Counted from the first letter of the stretch, positions 14,081-28,373 are shown. The stretch is 64,000 bases of DNA from Octopus vulgaris (GCA_951406725.2 OX597814.1:39246001-39310000), one strand, 5' to 3'. Program-made: numbers and translations. The notes: generated by a model from the sequence alone, not told the origin.

Positions 14081-14142
14081 TTGGTGAAATTTCGAATGTG
14101 GGTTCTCATTCCTAAGGTATTTTTCGATGTTGTTATTATTAT

Positions 14143-14173
<31 letters not shown>

Positions 14174-14241
14174 ATTCAGGTCATTGCCTGGAATCGAACT
14201 CGGAATTTTGGGGTTAGTAGCTTGGGGCATATGGCATAGTG

Positions 14242-14463
<222 letters not shown>

Positions 14464-14513
14464 CATCGAAAAATACTTTAGGAATGAGAACCCAGGTTCG
14501 AAATTTCCCCCAA

Positions 14514-14559
14514 GACACCTGATGAAGTCTGGAGGGTATATCAGCCGAAACTTTGTGTT
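14514..14559 (+). ncRNA. Second hammerhead copy with two substitutions
   Basis: gacac-CTGATGA-A-gtctg..cagcc-GAAA-C-TTT-gtgtt; one stem II mismatch and G>T in stem III. Confidence 0.6.
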
Positions 14560-16089
14560 AACAACAAAGGAAATGAGGACAAATATCTGTCGAATATAAA
14601 TAATATAAATAACGTACATAATTCCTCATGTCTTAAACATAGAACTGAAAATCAATTAGATCCAACACTAAATGCAGCCATATATTGTATGTTTACTTAT
14701 TTTATTAACGAATATGCATCATTCAACACGAGTGTTATAGCATATAATCACAAGTTCTTAACGAATCACCCTCGTCTTTACATATACAAACATAAAATTT
14801 CTCAGAGTTGCTATTGCAGGATGTATCCCAAAATAGTGTTGTGTTATAGAATACCACTAAAATTGTTTCAATAACGTTGTTTGATATGCGTAAGTCAGTT
14901 TTGGTGGATCGCACTTCTCCCTAAATGATTAGCTATAATCAGCCAAATTTGAGGTATGAAAGATAATGATTTGTGTTCGGTGGTAAATGGAGGAGTTGTG
15001 ACATTAAATTCTGTATCAAGGACATTAGTCATGCAAGAAAGCTGAAATGATCTTTTCATATAATAAGCTTATTGAATGCTTTGGTTCAATACACGTTGCT
15101 CACCAAAGTGTGTTCATATTGACAATTAAATATTCCGGTTATTGCCTCGCTTTAACAATACTGTTTGTAGATATTTTCAACGCATCATTTAAAGTTCTGG
15201 TTACAGCAAGTTCACAATATCATCCATTTTCTCCTTCATATTCTCGTTTTGACATCTTTATATATTAATTCCATTCTGCATGCAATGATTCTCAGAAGCT
15301 AGTTTATCTTCTCTGGAAATTTAAATCGAACGTTAGATACGAATTCTGACCAGCATGACACTATTTAGAAGACCCAATACTGATACACGTTATATTTCGC
15401 ACTTGGAAAATACTGCAACCCATTTAAATATATCGATGTAATGGAAGCTTTGCAGAAAAGGTCAGGATACCAGGGTGTTTAGTAATACTTTATTTGTTGT
15501 CATCGGATATAAGCTAAGATGTGTAGGAAACCGTCAGGCGCATTTCAACTTCGCATATGTATTGAGAACAGCAATATACTATTTCTTTCACACACTTTCT
15601 TCTATCTCTATTCTATGTCTCGCTGTCTGTTATTGACACTGTATATATATATACTTACAACTACATATCTACACACACGACACAAAACAAACGTATGTAA
15701 ATAGCGAAGTGAATGTGTACGAATGTATTAACGTGTATGTGTATATATATATACATGCGTGTGTGTGTGTATGCATATATGTGTGCTTGTATGAACAGAT
15801 ATGTATTAATATACTATGCAGTTATCTATGTGTGTACATATGCGTGAATATATGCATGTGTGCATTTGAATATACAGACTTACATCCACATACTCACATA
15901 TACACACATAACTACATACAGTGCCGAAGTGCATCCCTTGAACAAGTTTGCATACCTGAGGCTGATAACAACATAAGACTTAGAAGGCAGCTCCTTCAGC
16001 AACATTCTTTGATAACATACAATACGTGCCGAAGGAATTCGCACGACTCTACTGCAATGTATCATCGTATGAATATATAAGCCTGTATG

Positions 16090-17450
16090 AGCAGAAGAAT
16101 ATGCATTGATATGTTAGTAAAAAGCGCCACAATAATTGTAACATCGGTCACCAAAGCATATTATCATGAACCAGTAGCCGGATTATTATCTCCCACTTTT
16201 AAGGGTATACGTTTATAATCCAAGAACAGGAAACTTCAACCAAGTACTTGATGCACAAAAATGGATAGATATGCAGGAAGAACAGTAAACTGTGACAACC
16301 TATTAAGACTTTGTGGAGTTAATGCCAAAGATATCACCCTTATCATATGCAGTTGTCTGAAAATGTCACTACGGTATTACTACCAATGAGATACAATGTT
16401 GTAGCAAAGAAATTCTGTAATGAAATCTGTCGGAATGATAACCACGAGGACAATGAAATAAGAACCCTTAATATGGTAGAAGACATAGCCACACATAATT
16501 ATAAAAGAGTACTGGTGGAATGTCCCAGTGAAGACCTAAGTAAAATGTAAGCCCAGCGAACGTGTGATGTACTGATTTGGGATGACGAAGGGAAACTGTG
16601 TACATTTGTAGAAATTAGCTGCTCAGCGGATGTTAACATATCGCTGAAGCTCAGTGAAAAAGAGAATACCTACACAGAACAATACAGAAATATGCAGTTA
16701 CTGTATCTAGATTACAAGTTCATGTTTTTACCAGTAAATATTGGGGCACTGGTATATGTAATACACATCATAAATACCAATCTTGAGAACCAGAAAGGGG
16801 AAAGCTAGTTTGAAGACTACAGATCCAGTCCATCACTGGAACCGTAAGTATCTGTAAAATGTTCCAGATGATTACATTTAAATATATATGATCAGGTCTA
16901 GATATGCAGTAAAATGTATGAGAATACATACATAAAGAAAAACATACAAATCTGCACATGTGCATACATACATGCATACAAATCTGCACATATGCATACA
17001 TACATGCATACAAATCTGCACATATGCATACATACATGCATATAAATCTGCACATATGCATACATGGATGTATACAAACATACGTGCATACATACATACA
17101 AACATACATATATACTACATACATGCATACATGCATCCATACACACATAATGCATGCATACCTACATACAAACACACACATATACATACATACACACACT
17201 AATACATGCATGGTTAAATACATATATGCATACATAGTACATGCATACATCAAATATATAATTTAAGTATATCATTTAAGCATATCTAGATATGCAAGTA
17301 TATGCATGAGAAGAAAAACAAAACATACAAAGATGCACGATTAGCTACAAACAAAAATACCATGTTACTGATGTGAAAATTCCAAAGAAGAAGTCTAGGT
17401 TAGAAACCAGCTCTTTCTCTGTTGACAATAAATCTTGAAATAAGGTGAAT
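16090..17450 (+). mobile_element. R4/Dong-like (RLE-type) non-LTR retrotransposon 3' fragment, decayed
   Basis: Frames read EYWWNVPVKT..DVLIWDDEGKLCTFVEISCSADVNISLKLSEKENTY..MQLLYLDYKFMFLPVNIGAL, a restriction-like endonuclease region homologous to 62830-63200; probable 3' UTR expanded by CATA repeats. Confidence 0.7.
16948..17066. repeat. 32-bp minisatellite, ~3.7 copies (aaatctgcacatatgcatacatacatgcatac)
   Basis: Units start at 16948, 16980, 17012 and 17044. Confidence 0.9.
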
Positions 17451-17451
17451 A

Positions 17452-17970
17452 GGCGCAGGAGTGGATGTGTAGTAAGTAGCTTGCTAACCAGACATGCGCA
17501 GTTAGTCGGTTGCTTCTTGTTGAGCTAGAGTGGACGAACTTAATCTTTGTACTGCCTTTATGGCAAATGTTTTGAAATAAAGTAGCTTGCTAACCAACCA
17601 CATGGTTCAGGGTTGTCCCACTGCGTGGCATCTTGGGCAAGTGTCTTCTGTTATAGCCCCGGGCCGACCAATGCCTTGTGAGTGGATTTGGTAGACGGAA
17701 ACTGAAAGAAGCCTGTCGTATATATGTATATATATATGTGTGTGTGTGTGTATATGTTTGTGTGTCTATGTTTGTCCCCCTAGCATTGCTTGACAACCGA
17801 TGCTGGTGTGTTTACGTCCCCGTTACTTAGCGGTTCGGCAAAACAGACCGATATAATAAGTACTGGGCTTACAAAGAATAAGACCCGGGGTCGATTTGCT
17901 CGACTAGATGCGGTGCTCCAGCATGGCCGCAGTCATATGACTGAAACAAGTAAAAGAGTAAAAAGAGTAA
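17452..17970 (+). mobile_element. SINE family B interrupted by an 89-bp insertion
   Basis: Full head ggcgcaggagtgg..., body and tail present; insertion 17491-17579 flanked by a 17-bp duplication. Confidence 0.9.
17491..17579 (+). mobile_element. Probable 5'-truncated retroelement 3' end with 17-bp TSD
   Basis: TSD aagtagcttgctaacca at 17474-17490 and 17580-17596; the insert ends with hairpin tgcctttatggca then gaaata(aa). Confidence 0.7.
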
Positions 17971-18465
17971 TGACATTCATACATCCATGCATACATACAT
18001 ACATGCATACATACATGCATACATACATACATACATACATACATACATACACAGATACATGCACACAAGGAGATAAAGAGGGAGAGATAGGGAAAGAGAG
18101 AGAGAGAAAGAAGTTAGACAGAGAAATACACACGAAGAGAATTAAGTTATTAAGGTGGTGATTTGGCGCATCATTAGAGTGGCAGATAGAATAATTTACT
18201 GAATAAGTTCCCTTCACTGCGTCTAGAACGCAAATGTCATCGCGGTCATTCATTCTGAGTTGAAACAAAGAACCACCTGAGTACTAGGATTCTTTCATTT
18301 CTACTTCTCTTACATATTTTATTTGTCTTTCTCTCTCTTTCTCTCCCCTTTCCTCTTTCGTTTTCTGAATTCTGCTAGTAATTCAATGACATATCCTTGT
18401 CAATTCCTGCCAAACTGATTCAGCTGAGAAATGGTTTCATAGTGCACATGCCTGTGGTATAAACA

Positions 18466-18697
18466 GGCGGCGAGCTGGCAGAAACGTTTAGCACGCTGGG
18501 CGAAATGCGTAGCCGTATTTAATCTGCCATTACGTTCCGGGTTCAAATTCCGCCGAGGTCAACTTTGCCTTTCATCCTTTCTGGGTCGATGAATTAAGTA
18601 CCAGTTACGCACTGGGGTCGATGTAATCGACTTAATACATATGTCTGTTCTTGTTTGTCCCCTCTATCTTTAGCCCCTTGTGGGTAATAAAGAAATA
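18466..18697 (+). mobile_element. SINE family A, full-length with 10-bp TSD
   Basis: tRNA-like head with B box gggttcaaattcc, gcctttcatccttt..ggtcgat..aagtacca module, tail ..gccccttgtgggtaataaagaaata; TSD ggtataaaca at 18456-18465 and 18698-18707. Confidence 0.9.
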
Positions 18698-19756
18698 GGT
18701 ATAAACATACGCTTCCAATTATTTTTTGGGGGATGAAACTTCAGTAGCCCCATCTAAACGTTGATCTTGAAGTTCATCAGAGTGTCTATCACATACCCTT
18801 ATTTCATGTTTTATCTCTTTCTCATTCGCCACACACTTTTCATTTCCCTTTCCCCAACACTTTAACTCCTCTGCGGTGTAAGCGGTCGCCTTCTTCAGCG
18901 TGGTTCGTATTCCGAATACATTTTTTTCTCACAACATACTTTCTTCTGCGATTCTCTTTTTCTAGGCTTCTTGGCAAATATTGATTTTGCACATATACTT
19001 TCTAGTATCATCTCTCAATGGCTATTTCTTTCTTTTTATATTCCACTTCGCAATTTCACCCTTTTTTTTTTTTTTTAGTTTTCTCTGTATCTACGCGTTT
19101 CAATTATTTTTGTTTCCTTTATTGTTCTTTGCATCACATGTTCTCTATGTTTCATACCATTAAATTTTTCTATATACGTGTGTGCATGTATGTATGTGTG
19201 CGTGTGTATCAAAACTACATGAAGAAGGTTACAAAACGGTAGAAAACGCGTGGTTAGATAAATGCATATACATATTCACCTATCATTTCCTAACATTACG
19301 TGTCTTTGTACATACATATATATGTGTGTGTGTGAATCTCTGTGTGTGTGCGCCCTTGTATGTGCGTGTGTGCGCCCGTGTATGTACGTGTGTGTGTGCG
19401 TATGCGAGAGCGTGTGTGTGTATGAGTATATATGTGTTTATGTATGTATATCGTGTCCACTATCGCGCATGGTATTTATTCTCTACTTATTGTTCATTCA
19501 CGGTCTTGAATAAAGAATTGGTATTCTTTTTTATATCTGAAGGCCACGTCGTATTACATGTAATCCAATTAGCCTACAACAAAGACAATACTATGAAGTA
19601 TAAGAGTATAAGAGGAAATAAAATTATTTTTTGTTCTGAAAAAGGAAATTATAATTATTAAATTAAGAAATAAACCATAAACTTTTATGATCTTTTAAAG
19701 AATTAATAACAATTTTGAGAGTTTAAGAGCATTAAAATATAATTGCATCCATGAAT

Positions 19757-19825
<69 letters not shown>

Positions 19826-19989
19826 GAGAGAGAGAGAGAGAGAGCAATAATGAATCTCTGAAATAGTATATATATATAAATATGGGTGTTTGTGAGTGCG
19901 TGAGTGCACATGTATGTGCGGGAGGGCGAGCGTGTGTTCGCGTGTGTATGTATGTGTATATATATACTTATATATATGTGTGTGTGTGC

Positions 19990-20059
<70 letters not shown>

Positions 20060-20346
20060 CTGTATGTATGTATGTATGTATGTATGTAGATATATATATC
20101 ATATATTATATTGAAAAATTCAAAGTTTTTTTCAGAAGGTTACTAGTCAAAAATGTACTGCGTATGTGCAATTTTATGGCCTCACGTTTGCCATTATTGT
20201 CGTATTGTCTTCTTCTTTCATAAGAATATGTCTAGTGAAAATTCTGTGAACCCATTTCAAAAAACAAAAACGGAAATCTTTTGAAAGCTGTGTATTATCA
20301 TTTGATAAACTTCCATGTAACTTTCTAGCTAGACATATGTATATTA

Positions 20347-20859
20347 CAGCGTGGAAGGTGTTAATAAGCCATTTAAGAAACATACAAAATCCGTTAGATT
20401 CACTTCAACATTTAAGTTTAATTTCTCAAAATATATTCGTCGCTTGGAGACCGCGACCTATTCACTGACAAAATTCCGTGCTGCATCTGAGAAAGTAACT
20501 GTTAGTTCATGATATATATGTACGTATGTATGTATGTGTGTATGTATGCATGCATGTATGTATGTATGTATGTATGTATGTATGTATGTATGTATGTATG
20601 TATGTATGTGCGTATGTATGTATGTGCGTATGCATGTCTGCATGTCTATAGGCATGTATATATGTATTATGTCAGTATGTACGTATGTACATATGTATGT
20701 ATGTGTGTATTTACGGAAATGTGAAGGCGTGTCTGTGTGTGTGTACATGTGTATGTAGATGTGAATGTATGTTTATGTTCTGATATGTGTGTGTTCAAGT
20801 TGTATACATGATTGTTACTTTGTTGAAGATTGTATACACTCACATATACATCTATATAG

Positions 20860-20928
<69 letters not shown>

Positions 20929-21466
20929 TGTGTATACAACCTTCAACAAAGTACTAGTCATGTATACAACTTGAACAAACACATATCGGTACACAAACAT
21001 ACGTTCACATGTACATACACATGTACACACGCCAAAACACGTCTACACATTTACCTAAATACATACATAGATAAGTACATACGTAAATCCTCACATAGAT
21101 GCATACATAATACATGTGTATAGACATGCACACATGCATACGCATGTACACATATGCACACGCACATACATGTGCACACATACATACGCAAATACATACA
21201 TACATATATACATATATACATACATGCATACATACACATATACCATTAACTAACTGTTATTTTTCAGATGTTGCACGGAATTTTCAGTGAAGGGGTCTCG
21301 GTCTCGAAGTGACAAAATCATTTTGACAAATGAAATTTAAATGCTGAAGTGAATCTAACGGATTTTGAATGTTTCTTAAATGGCTTATAAACACCTTCCA
21401 CGCTGCAATTGTTTTCGTTCCAGCACACGATTTCAGATCGGGTCACTTGCTATGAAAGTGCATACC
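20347..21466. mobile_element. Fold-back element family F, ~1.06 kb imperfect palindrome + tail
   Basis: 20347-~20838 mirrors ~20930-21405 around a (TA)n centre, including the degenerate TATG/CATA portion; tail matches 10760-10817. Confidence 0.85.
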
Positions 21467-21719
21467 TATATGTATATTGTCGTTTCTAAAATGAATAGAT
21501 CTCACATCAATGCATGAATGTGTGAGCACAAAGAGACTCACAGAGACACACACATATTCACATATAAACACACAACAACCCATATATATATATATATATG
21601 GATGTATTAATTAGATTTAATTTTAACCGCTCTCCTATTTGGTACCGTCTTGCTTTGTTCTTTTTTTAACTTTAAGAAAGTCTTACACGTTTTCATACTC
21701 CAAGATAACTTGATCATTT

Positions 21720-21875
21720 ATAAGGATCTGCGAGTTCTTTCCAAAATACCCAGTTCAACCATACATTATTTGAGATGGGTTTCTATGTACCCTGTTGGTC
21801 AATTATGATAGGTATGAACCCAAAACTCTATCTTGAGTACTTGGGTACTAGATTAGCGATTACATTATGACATCT
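21720..21875. repeat. Unclassified interspersed repeat (inverted copy at ~41240-41405)
   Basis: gataggtatgaac..cttgggtactagatt is mirrored by aatctagtacccaag..gtttcatacctactatc at 41276-41320. Confidence 0.5.
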
Positions 21876-21988
21876 AACACTTTTATTTTTCTAACGATAT
21901 AGCTGATTTCCATAACTGAATATATATACATATATATATATATATGTGTTTGTGTCTGTGTGTTTGTTTGTTCTCATATATACATATA

Positions 21989-22043
<55 letters not shown>

Positions 22044-22047
22044 GCAA

Positions 22048-22094
<47 letters not shown>

Positions 22095-22389
22095 TACATA
22101 TACTGGCATAGGTGTGGCAACATTTTAAATGTATATGCAGCTGATGTAGACAAATCAAATCTACGTTGGCAAAGGTATTTGAAGAGTCTGAAACCGGTAC
22201 TGCATTATCCATTTCTGGGTTTTTCCCTTTTCAAATGTTCTTTCTAGAGGCAAGACAAATTTTTTTCATGTTCGTTGCACACACACGTCTTTACTAGTAT
22301 ATACGCAGTGAAGCTATACAATAGCGTCGTATTTACTACGATCGCTATTTTCCAGTAAATATCGGTACTTCGTTGTACCATTTATTTAC

Positions 22390-22463
<74 letters not shown>

Positions 22464-22589
22464 CAATAAATGGTGGGGCTGTGTTGACCGCACGTGGAGA
22501 AATGATAGGCAAGGAAAAATTATAAAAAGGCAGAATGCTAAATTGAAAGAAAATTTTTATGAAAATGGGCGTATACAATATTTTGAAAA

Positions 22590-22640
<51 letters not shown>

Positions 22641-23321
22641 TTCAAACCGGTTCTCGTCGAGGCATCCTTAATTAAATTAAACAGAACACGGATTTAATCC
22701 CATGGATCTCAATCCTCCAAGGTAATTTTTTCAAGAACTATCATTAAACTCAATATAAACAAAGACTTTACAATGTATCAAAGACTTTACGCTGCATGAC
22801 ACACCAACAAACTCGTTAAATTTTGGGTCATTTCATTTTCATTTCATGAATTTTCGTGATGTTTTCATTCATTCGGGAGGTCTATGATTGCCTTGAATGA
22901 TATTGGTCTTCAAGTGACACCTGACCATTCCTAAAGCGTGAAAACACTCTTAAGATTATGCCAGAGTCCTTGTAAACTGATTGAAGCACGATGACTGTTC
23001 CGGTCACCGCTTTTCCCCAGCAGAAAACATAATTTCACGGAAGCATGTTCTTCCTACGTTTCAGCCATCGCAAGATCGACGAAGAGGGGAAAAGCACTGC
23101 AAACCAAAGACGAACCACGTAGCAGTACGACTGTTTAGAACGTTGCCTCTCAGCAGACTGATGTCTAAAGGTCATATCAAGTGGCTACTAGCGGCGGAAG
23201 CCTGAACTCAAAAGGACTTGTTCAAGAAAGAACGTCTCTCTTGGGCAGCTGCTCGTATATATATACACATACACACATATATATATATATACATGCATAT
23301 ATACATATATGTATATATATA

Positions 23322-23376
<55 letters not shown>

Positions 23377-23450
23377 AGGTATATATATATATATATATAT
23401 ATATACACAAATATACAGATATATATATATACATAAATATACATATATAC

Positions 23451-23705
<255 letters not shown>

Positions 23706-23708
23706 TAT

Positions 23709-24041
23709 GAAGGTGCATGGCTCAGTGGTTAGAGCGTCGAGCTTACGATCGTGAGGTTGTGAGCTCGAATCCCGGACCGGGCTGCGTGTTGTGTGTTCTT
23801 GAGCAAGGCACTTTATTTCACGTTGCTCCAGTTCACTCAGCTGTAGAAATGAGTTGCGACGTCACTGGTGCCAAGCTGTATCGACCTTTGTTTTTCCCTT
23901 GGATAACACTGGTGGCGTGGAGAGGGGAGGCTGGTATGCATGGGCGACTGCTGTTCTTCCATAAACAACCTTGCCCGGACTTTTGTCTAGGAGGGTATCT
24001 TCCCCATGGTCATTCATGACCGAAGGGAGTCTTTACCCTTT
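23709..24041 (+). mobile_element. tRNA-derived SINE, head X + tail P
   Basis: A box tggctcagtgg, B-box-like gagctcgaatccc, CORE-like ttgagcaaggcacttt..ccagttcactcagctg. Confidence 0.85.
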
Positions 24042-24107
24042 TATTTTATATAAATAAATATATATATATATGTATATACATATATACAGAGAGAGAGAGA
24101 GAGAGTA

Positions 24108-24178
<71 letters not shown>

Positions 24179-24180
24179 TT

Positions 24181-24224
<44 letters not shown>

Positions 24225-24907
24225 CATGCACATGTATATATGTATACATACAGATATACGCACGCACACACACACACCCACATATGTTGGTTTTTATATT
24301 ATAATCAAAAGATTGGCAGAATGTAAATTTATCATTCATTAATAAGAATATTAAAAAGAACTTCGTAATTTCGGCCAGCTTTCATAACATCGGTGTAGCT
24401 TACAGAAACTTTGAAGTTACTAACAACAATATTTTTCTTAATGAACATATATGTGTGTGTGTGTGTAAGAGAGAGTGAGAGAGAGAGATAGAGAGATAAA
24501 GTGAGTGTGTGTATATGTGTGTGCGCGCGTGTGTGTGTGCGTGTTTTTTGTGGTTGTTTCCCACCACCACTTTACAGTCGGTAGTGGTTTGCTAAATCCT
24601 CGTAACTTAGCGACTGATTCCACAAACAAGACAGAACAACTACCAGACTTTCAGAAATATGTACTTTTGTCGATTTGTTCGGCAAGCACAGTCTAGTTTT
24701 TGCCCAAACATGCTTGCACTCCATTGAATGAAACAAATGTAAGATTAGTTATATTACATTCATTAACTTTCAAGATATAAACTAAATTTGCAAGACAGCT
24801 CATATTTCTATATGTCGTTTGATTTGTTACTAATTGCAATGAAAATCCCTCGTGAATCTCGGATTAATTTTTCCTAAAAGAACCGACGTATTAAATAAAT
24901 ATACATC

Positions 24908-25155
24908 AGCTATAGAGGCAGTATTAATACTGTCAAATAATGTTTATCCCCAATTAAATGTACATGTTCTGTTAGAACAGAATATACTGCGGTAGATGTC
25001 GTGAGGGAAACTTTCATATTGTATTTGTACTCTCGATTAAATCGCCTGCGGTGAAATAAATCTTCACCATCTTCAGAGTCGAAACCACCTTATCACGTGA
25101 TTTTGAACTTATTTGGTGTTGCAACTTAACTCTCTGCCAGCGATATACAGAAATA
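24908..25155 (+). repeat. Unclassified repeat family U (copies at 41473-41770 and 41848-41962)
   Basis: Shared gcagt.(t/a)taata..taat.tttatc..at(g/a)ttctgttaga(a/g)ca..ctg(c/t)g block; the first two copies also end cagcgatata.agaaa. Confidence 0.65.
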
Positions 25156-25229
25156 AAAGGAAATGTTTGAAAAACAGGAAAAAGAAAATCTTTAGGACAA
25201 GTTCTAAAACAGATTTGGATTTAAGAGTT

Positions 25230-25400
25230 TGGAACTGGGCCAGCAATTTCGGAACTGGTGGTGGTGGGTAATTGATAACGCTGACGCCAGTGCTTAATTG
25301 GTGCGTATTTTACCACGAAAATGACGAGAGTGAAAGTCGACTTTAGCGGAATTTGAACTCAGAACGAAAAAACAGACGAAATGCTAATGATTTTCTCAGA
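25230..25400 (-). mobile_element. SINE family A (degenerate)
   Basis: aaagtcgactttagcggaatttgaactcagaacg..cagacgaaatgc is the reverse complement of the family A head/B box. Confidence 0.65.
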
Positions 25401-26049
25401 TCGCTGTCTTATATCTAAAACATATCATGCTACTAGTTATGTGATCTGGACCATCCTGCACCCAAGCAACAACAACGAAAACAAACTAAACAAAAGTAAT
25501 AACACAAAGGAAACACGATTACACCCTCAACAAAATAACAACAATATCTTCCACAACGCCGACCTTAATTTAAAATATTTAGAATCATGTTCAAGATATT
25601 AAAGATCTATAAACTCTTCGAAGTGAAATAACTGTCAACAACACCAGGAAAATACAAAGACGGAATATATGTACGTATGAATTAAAGAATTATCGTTTTT
25701 CTCTCGATGTGCTAATTGATCAGCCTTTAAAAAAGAACCAGTAATGATATTGAAAGCTTGCAGAGGAAAACATTTAGATAAGCTATTATTTATCAGAAAA
25801 GTAATACTTCTTTCTTATTGTGTATTTCTAATCTTAAGATAAATTAGCTAGGAGATAATTTATCGATCGCCGATATGTTCTCCTGGGAATTATTTAACAC
25901 TTTAGAGTTTTGTTATGAATGGTAGTTCATACAGTAGATAGGAAGGTGTTATATGTTCTGCATATTCATAGATTTATGTTTTTCTTGTCTTTTTAGCTAC
26001 ATTCTTAAAATATACAATTGTATGCATTTGTGTGTTCATATATATAATC

Positions 26050-26120
<71 letters not shown>

Positions 26121-26163
26121 TATATACATATATATATATATACATATATATATATACATACAT

Positions 26164-26264
<101 letters not shown>

Positions 26265-26395
26265 GACGTACATGCATGTGTGTATGTTTCTGTGTATACA
26301 CATGTATATATTCACAGAAGCAAACACACATGCATGTACGTATATATAGTTTGTTTATGTATGTGAAAATATGCATAAATGTATGTAGTTAGTAT

Positions 26396-26433
<38 letters not shown>

Positions 26434-26567
26434 ACACACACATACACACACAGACTGGGAGTAGAATAGAGAAAACAGAAGGATGTAGGTACAAACGCAT
26501 CGAACACAAACAATCACACGTAGAAACATACAAGTATATAACGTATATATTTGTGTGTGTATATATT

Positions 26568-26628
<61 letters not shown>

Positions 26629-26654
26629 TCTCTCCCTATATATATTTGCATATA

Positions 26655-26697
<43 letters not shown>

Positions 26698-26732
26698 TTG
26701 TATATATGTGTATATATATATATATATTTGGA

Positions 26733-26775
<43 letters not shown>

Positions 26776-28109
26776 GTGTGTGTATGCATATGTGTGTGTG
26801 TATACATATATATGTGTGTGTATATATAGGTATATGTATATATATATACATATATATGTCTGCATATATGTAAGTATATATATGCACACACACACCTGTA
26901 AATACATGAATGCGTATGTGATGTGCTATGTGGTTACATCGGCGCACTAAGCATATGTATATATACACACTTACGTACATACATTTCATACGAACTTCTA
27001 TAAGCTACAGGCACAGTTACGTGTCAATTTAATAATGCTACATTTTTATTCCTTAAAAAAAAAAAATATTTTCCTAATTTACACTAGATATCATAGTGTG
27101 GAGGAGCAAAAAGCTACTTAGGAAAATAGACTTACAACGTCTTTACTCATACTCATAAACAAATGTTTGTTAATTAGTACACATATAATTAGTAGACATA
27201 CTTGTTGTTTGAAAACCTCATATCATAGATAATTAACATCCTCAACCGTCGCGTTAGTATTCTAGTTTCTCTACAATTTCCTAGACTGGAGACTATATTA
27301 ATTGTCTACAGAGAATCAAATAACACACATTACGAGTGGGAACATCTAGATAAGAAAGTAATTTTATTGTGGTATAAATTGAAAGTTTTTATATATATTT
27401 TTTGTAATAAATTCACATGCATAATAGCGTGCGCAGAAATAAACGCATAAACAAAATTGCACATTTGTATGTGTTTGTCATTTTGTATGCACGTGCGGGC
27501 ACGTGTGTGTATGCGTGTGTGTGAGCAAGTATGTTTGTCTGTGTATGCGTTTATGATAACTAGTCACTGGAATACTTCGCAAACCATATCTTCGTTCGTG
27601 TGATCGAGGCATTTCATCAGAGTGTACTCTACAACTAATTAAAAACTATATATGGCAAGTGGCTAAAAGTCATGTATATGTGTAATAAAGAAAAAAGGAT
27701 GGGTCCTGAGTACACCTCTATAGTGAATCGGTCTCATACGTATGCATTCGAAGTACGTACACTTATACCCACTTATGCACATATGTATGCGCACACATAC
27801 AAGGTTTGTGCGCGTATGTGTGTGCGTGTATGTGTGTGAGTGCGTGCGTGTGCATGTAAGTGCTAGTGTATCAAAATATTCTATTGAACTTCAATTTTGC
27901 CTTGCGGACGTGGATTAGACTGACATGCTGCAATAGAATAAACATATTTTCCCACTCCACTCCAATTCTACATGAGATAGAGTTTGCTCTGTGTAAAATA
28001 TTTAGTACCATATACTTTTCAATTCTTACACGTTAAATATTTCGTTTTTGGATTTTATTTGCAATATTTCACAGACACAACAGAACATGTTATCTATCTA
28101 TCTATATAA

Positions 28110-28182
<73 letters not shown>

Positions 28183-28185
<3 letters not shown>

Positions 28186-28373
28186 TCCCTTTTTTCTTTT
28201 TTTCTTTTCCTTTTTTCCCCCTTTTACGATCCCTTTTGATCGAAAACCTACGCCACCCATTTTTTAAAATTCTTTTTTTTGTTTTTTGTTGTTTCTTTTT
28301 CATCCCCCAAAAGAAAAACTCTACCTTGTAACTTGTCCCATCTGTGTGCAGCCCTGTGTGGCCAATAAAGAAA
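28183..28373 (+). mobile_element. LINE-like 3' UTR fragment inserted in (TATC)n
   Basis: Pyrimidine-rich, ends gccctgtgtggccaataaagaaa; (TATC)n on both sides; second copy at 42038-42290 (-). Confidence 0.7.

Noticed and set aside
16948-17066. Regularly spaced repeats resembling a CRISPR array
   Set aside because: No unique spacers, eukaryotic context, and no cas genes.
23709-23790. tRNA gene-like sequences here and at 39359, 57568 and 14174
   Set aside because: Acceptor stems are not convincing and each continues into a repeat body, so they are SINE heads rather than tRNA genes.
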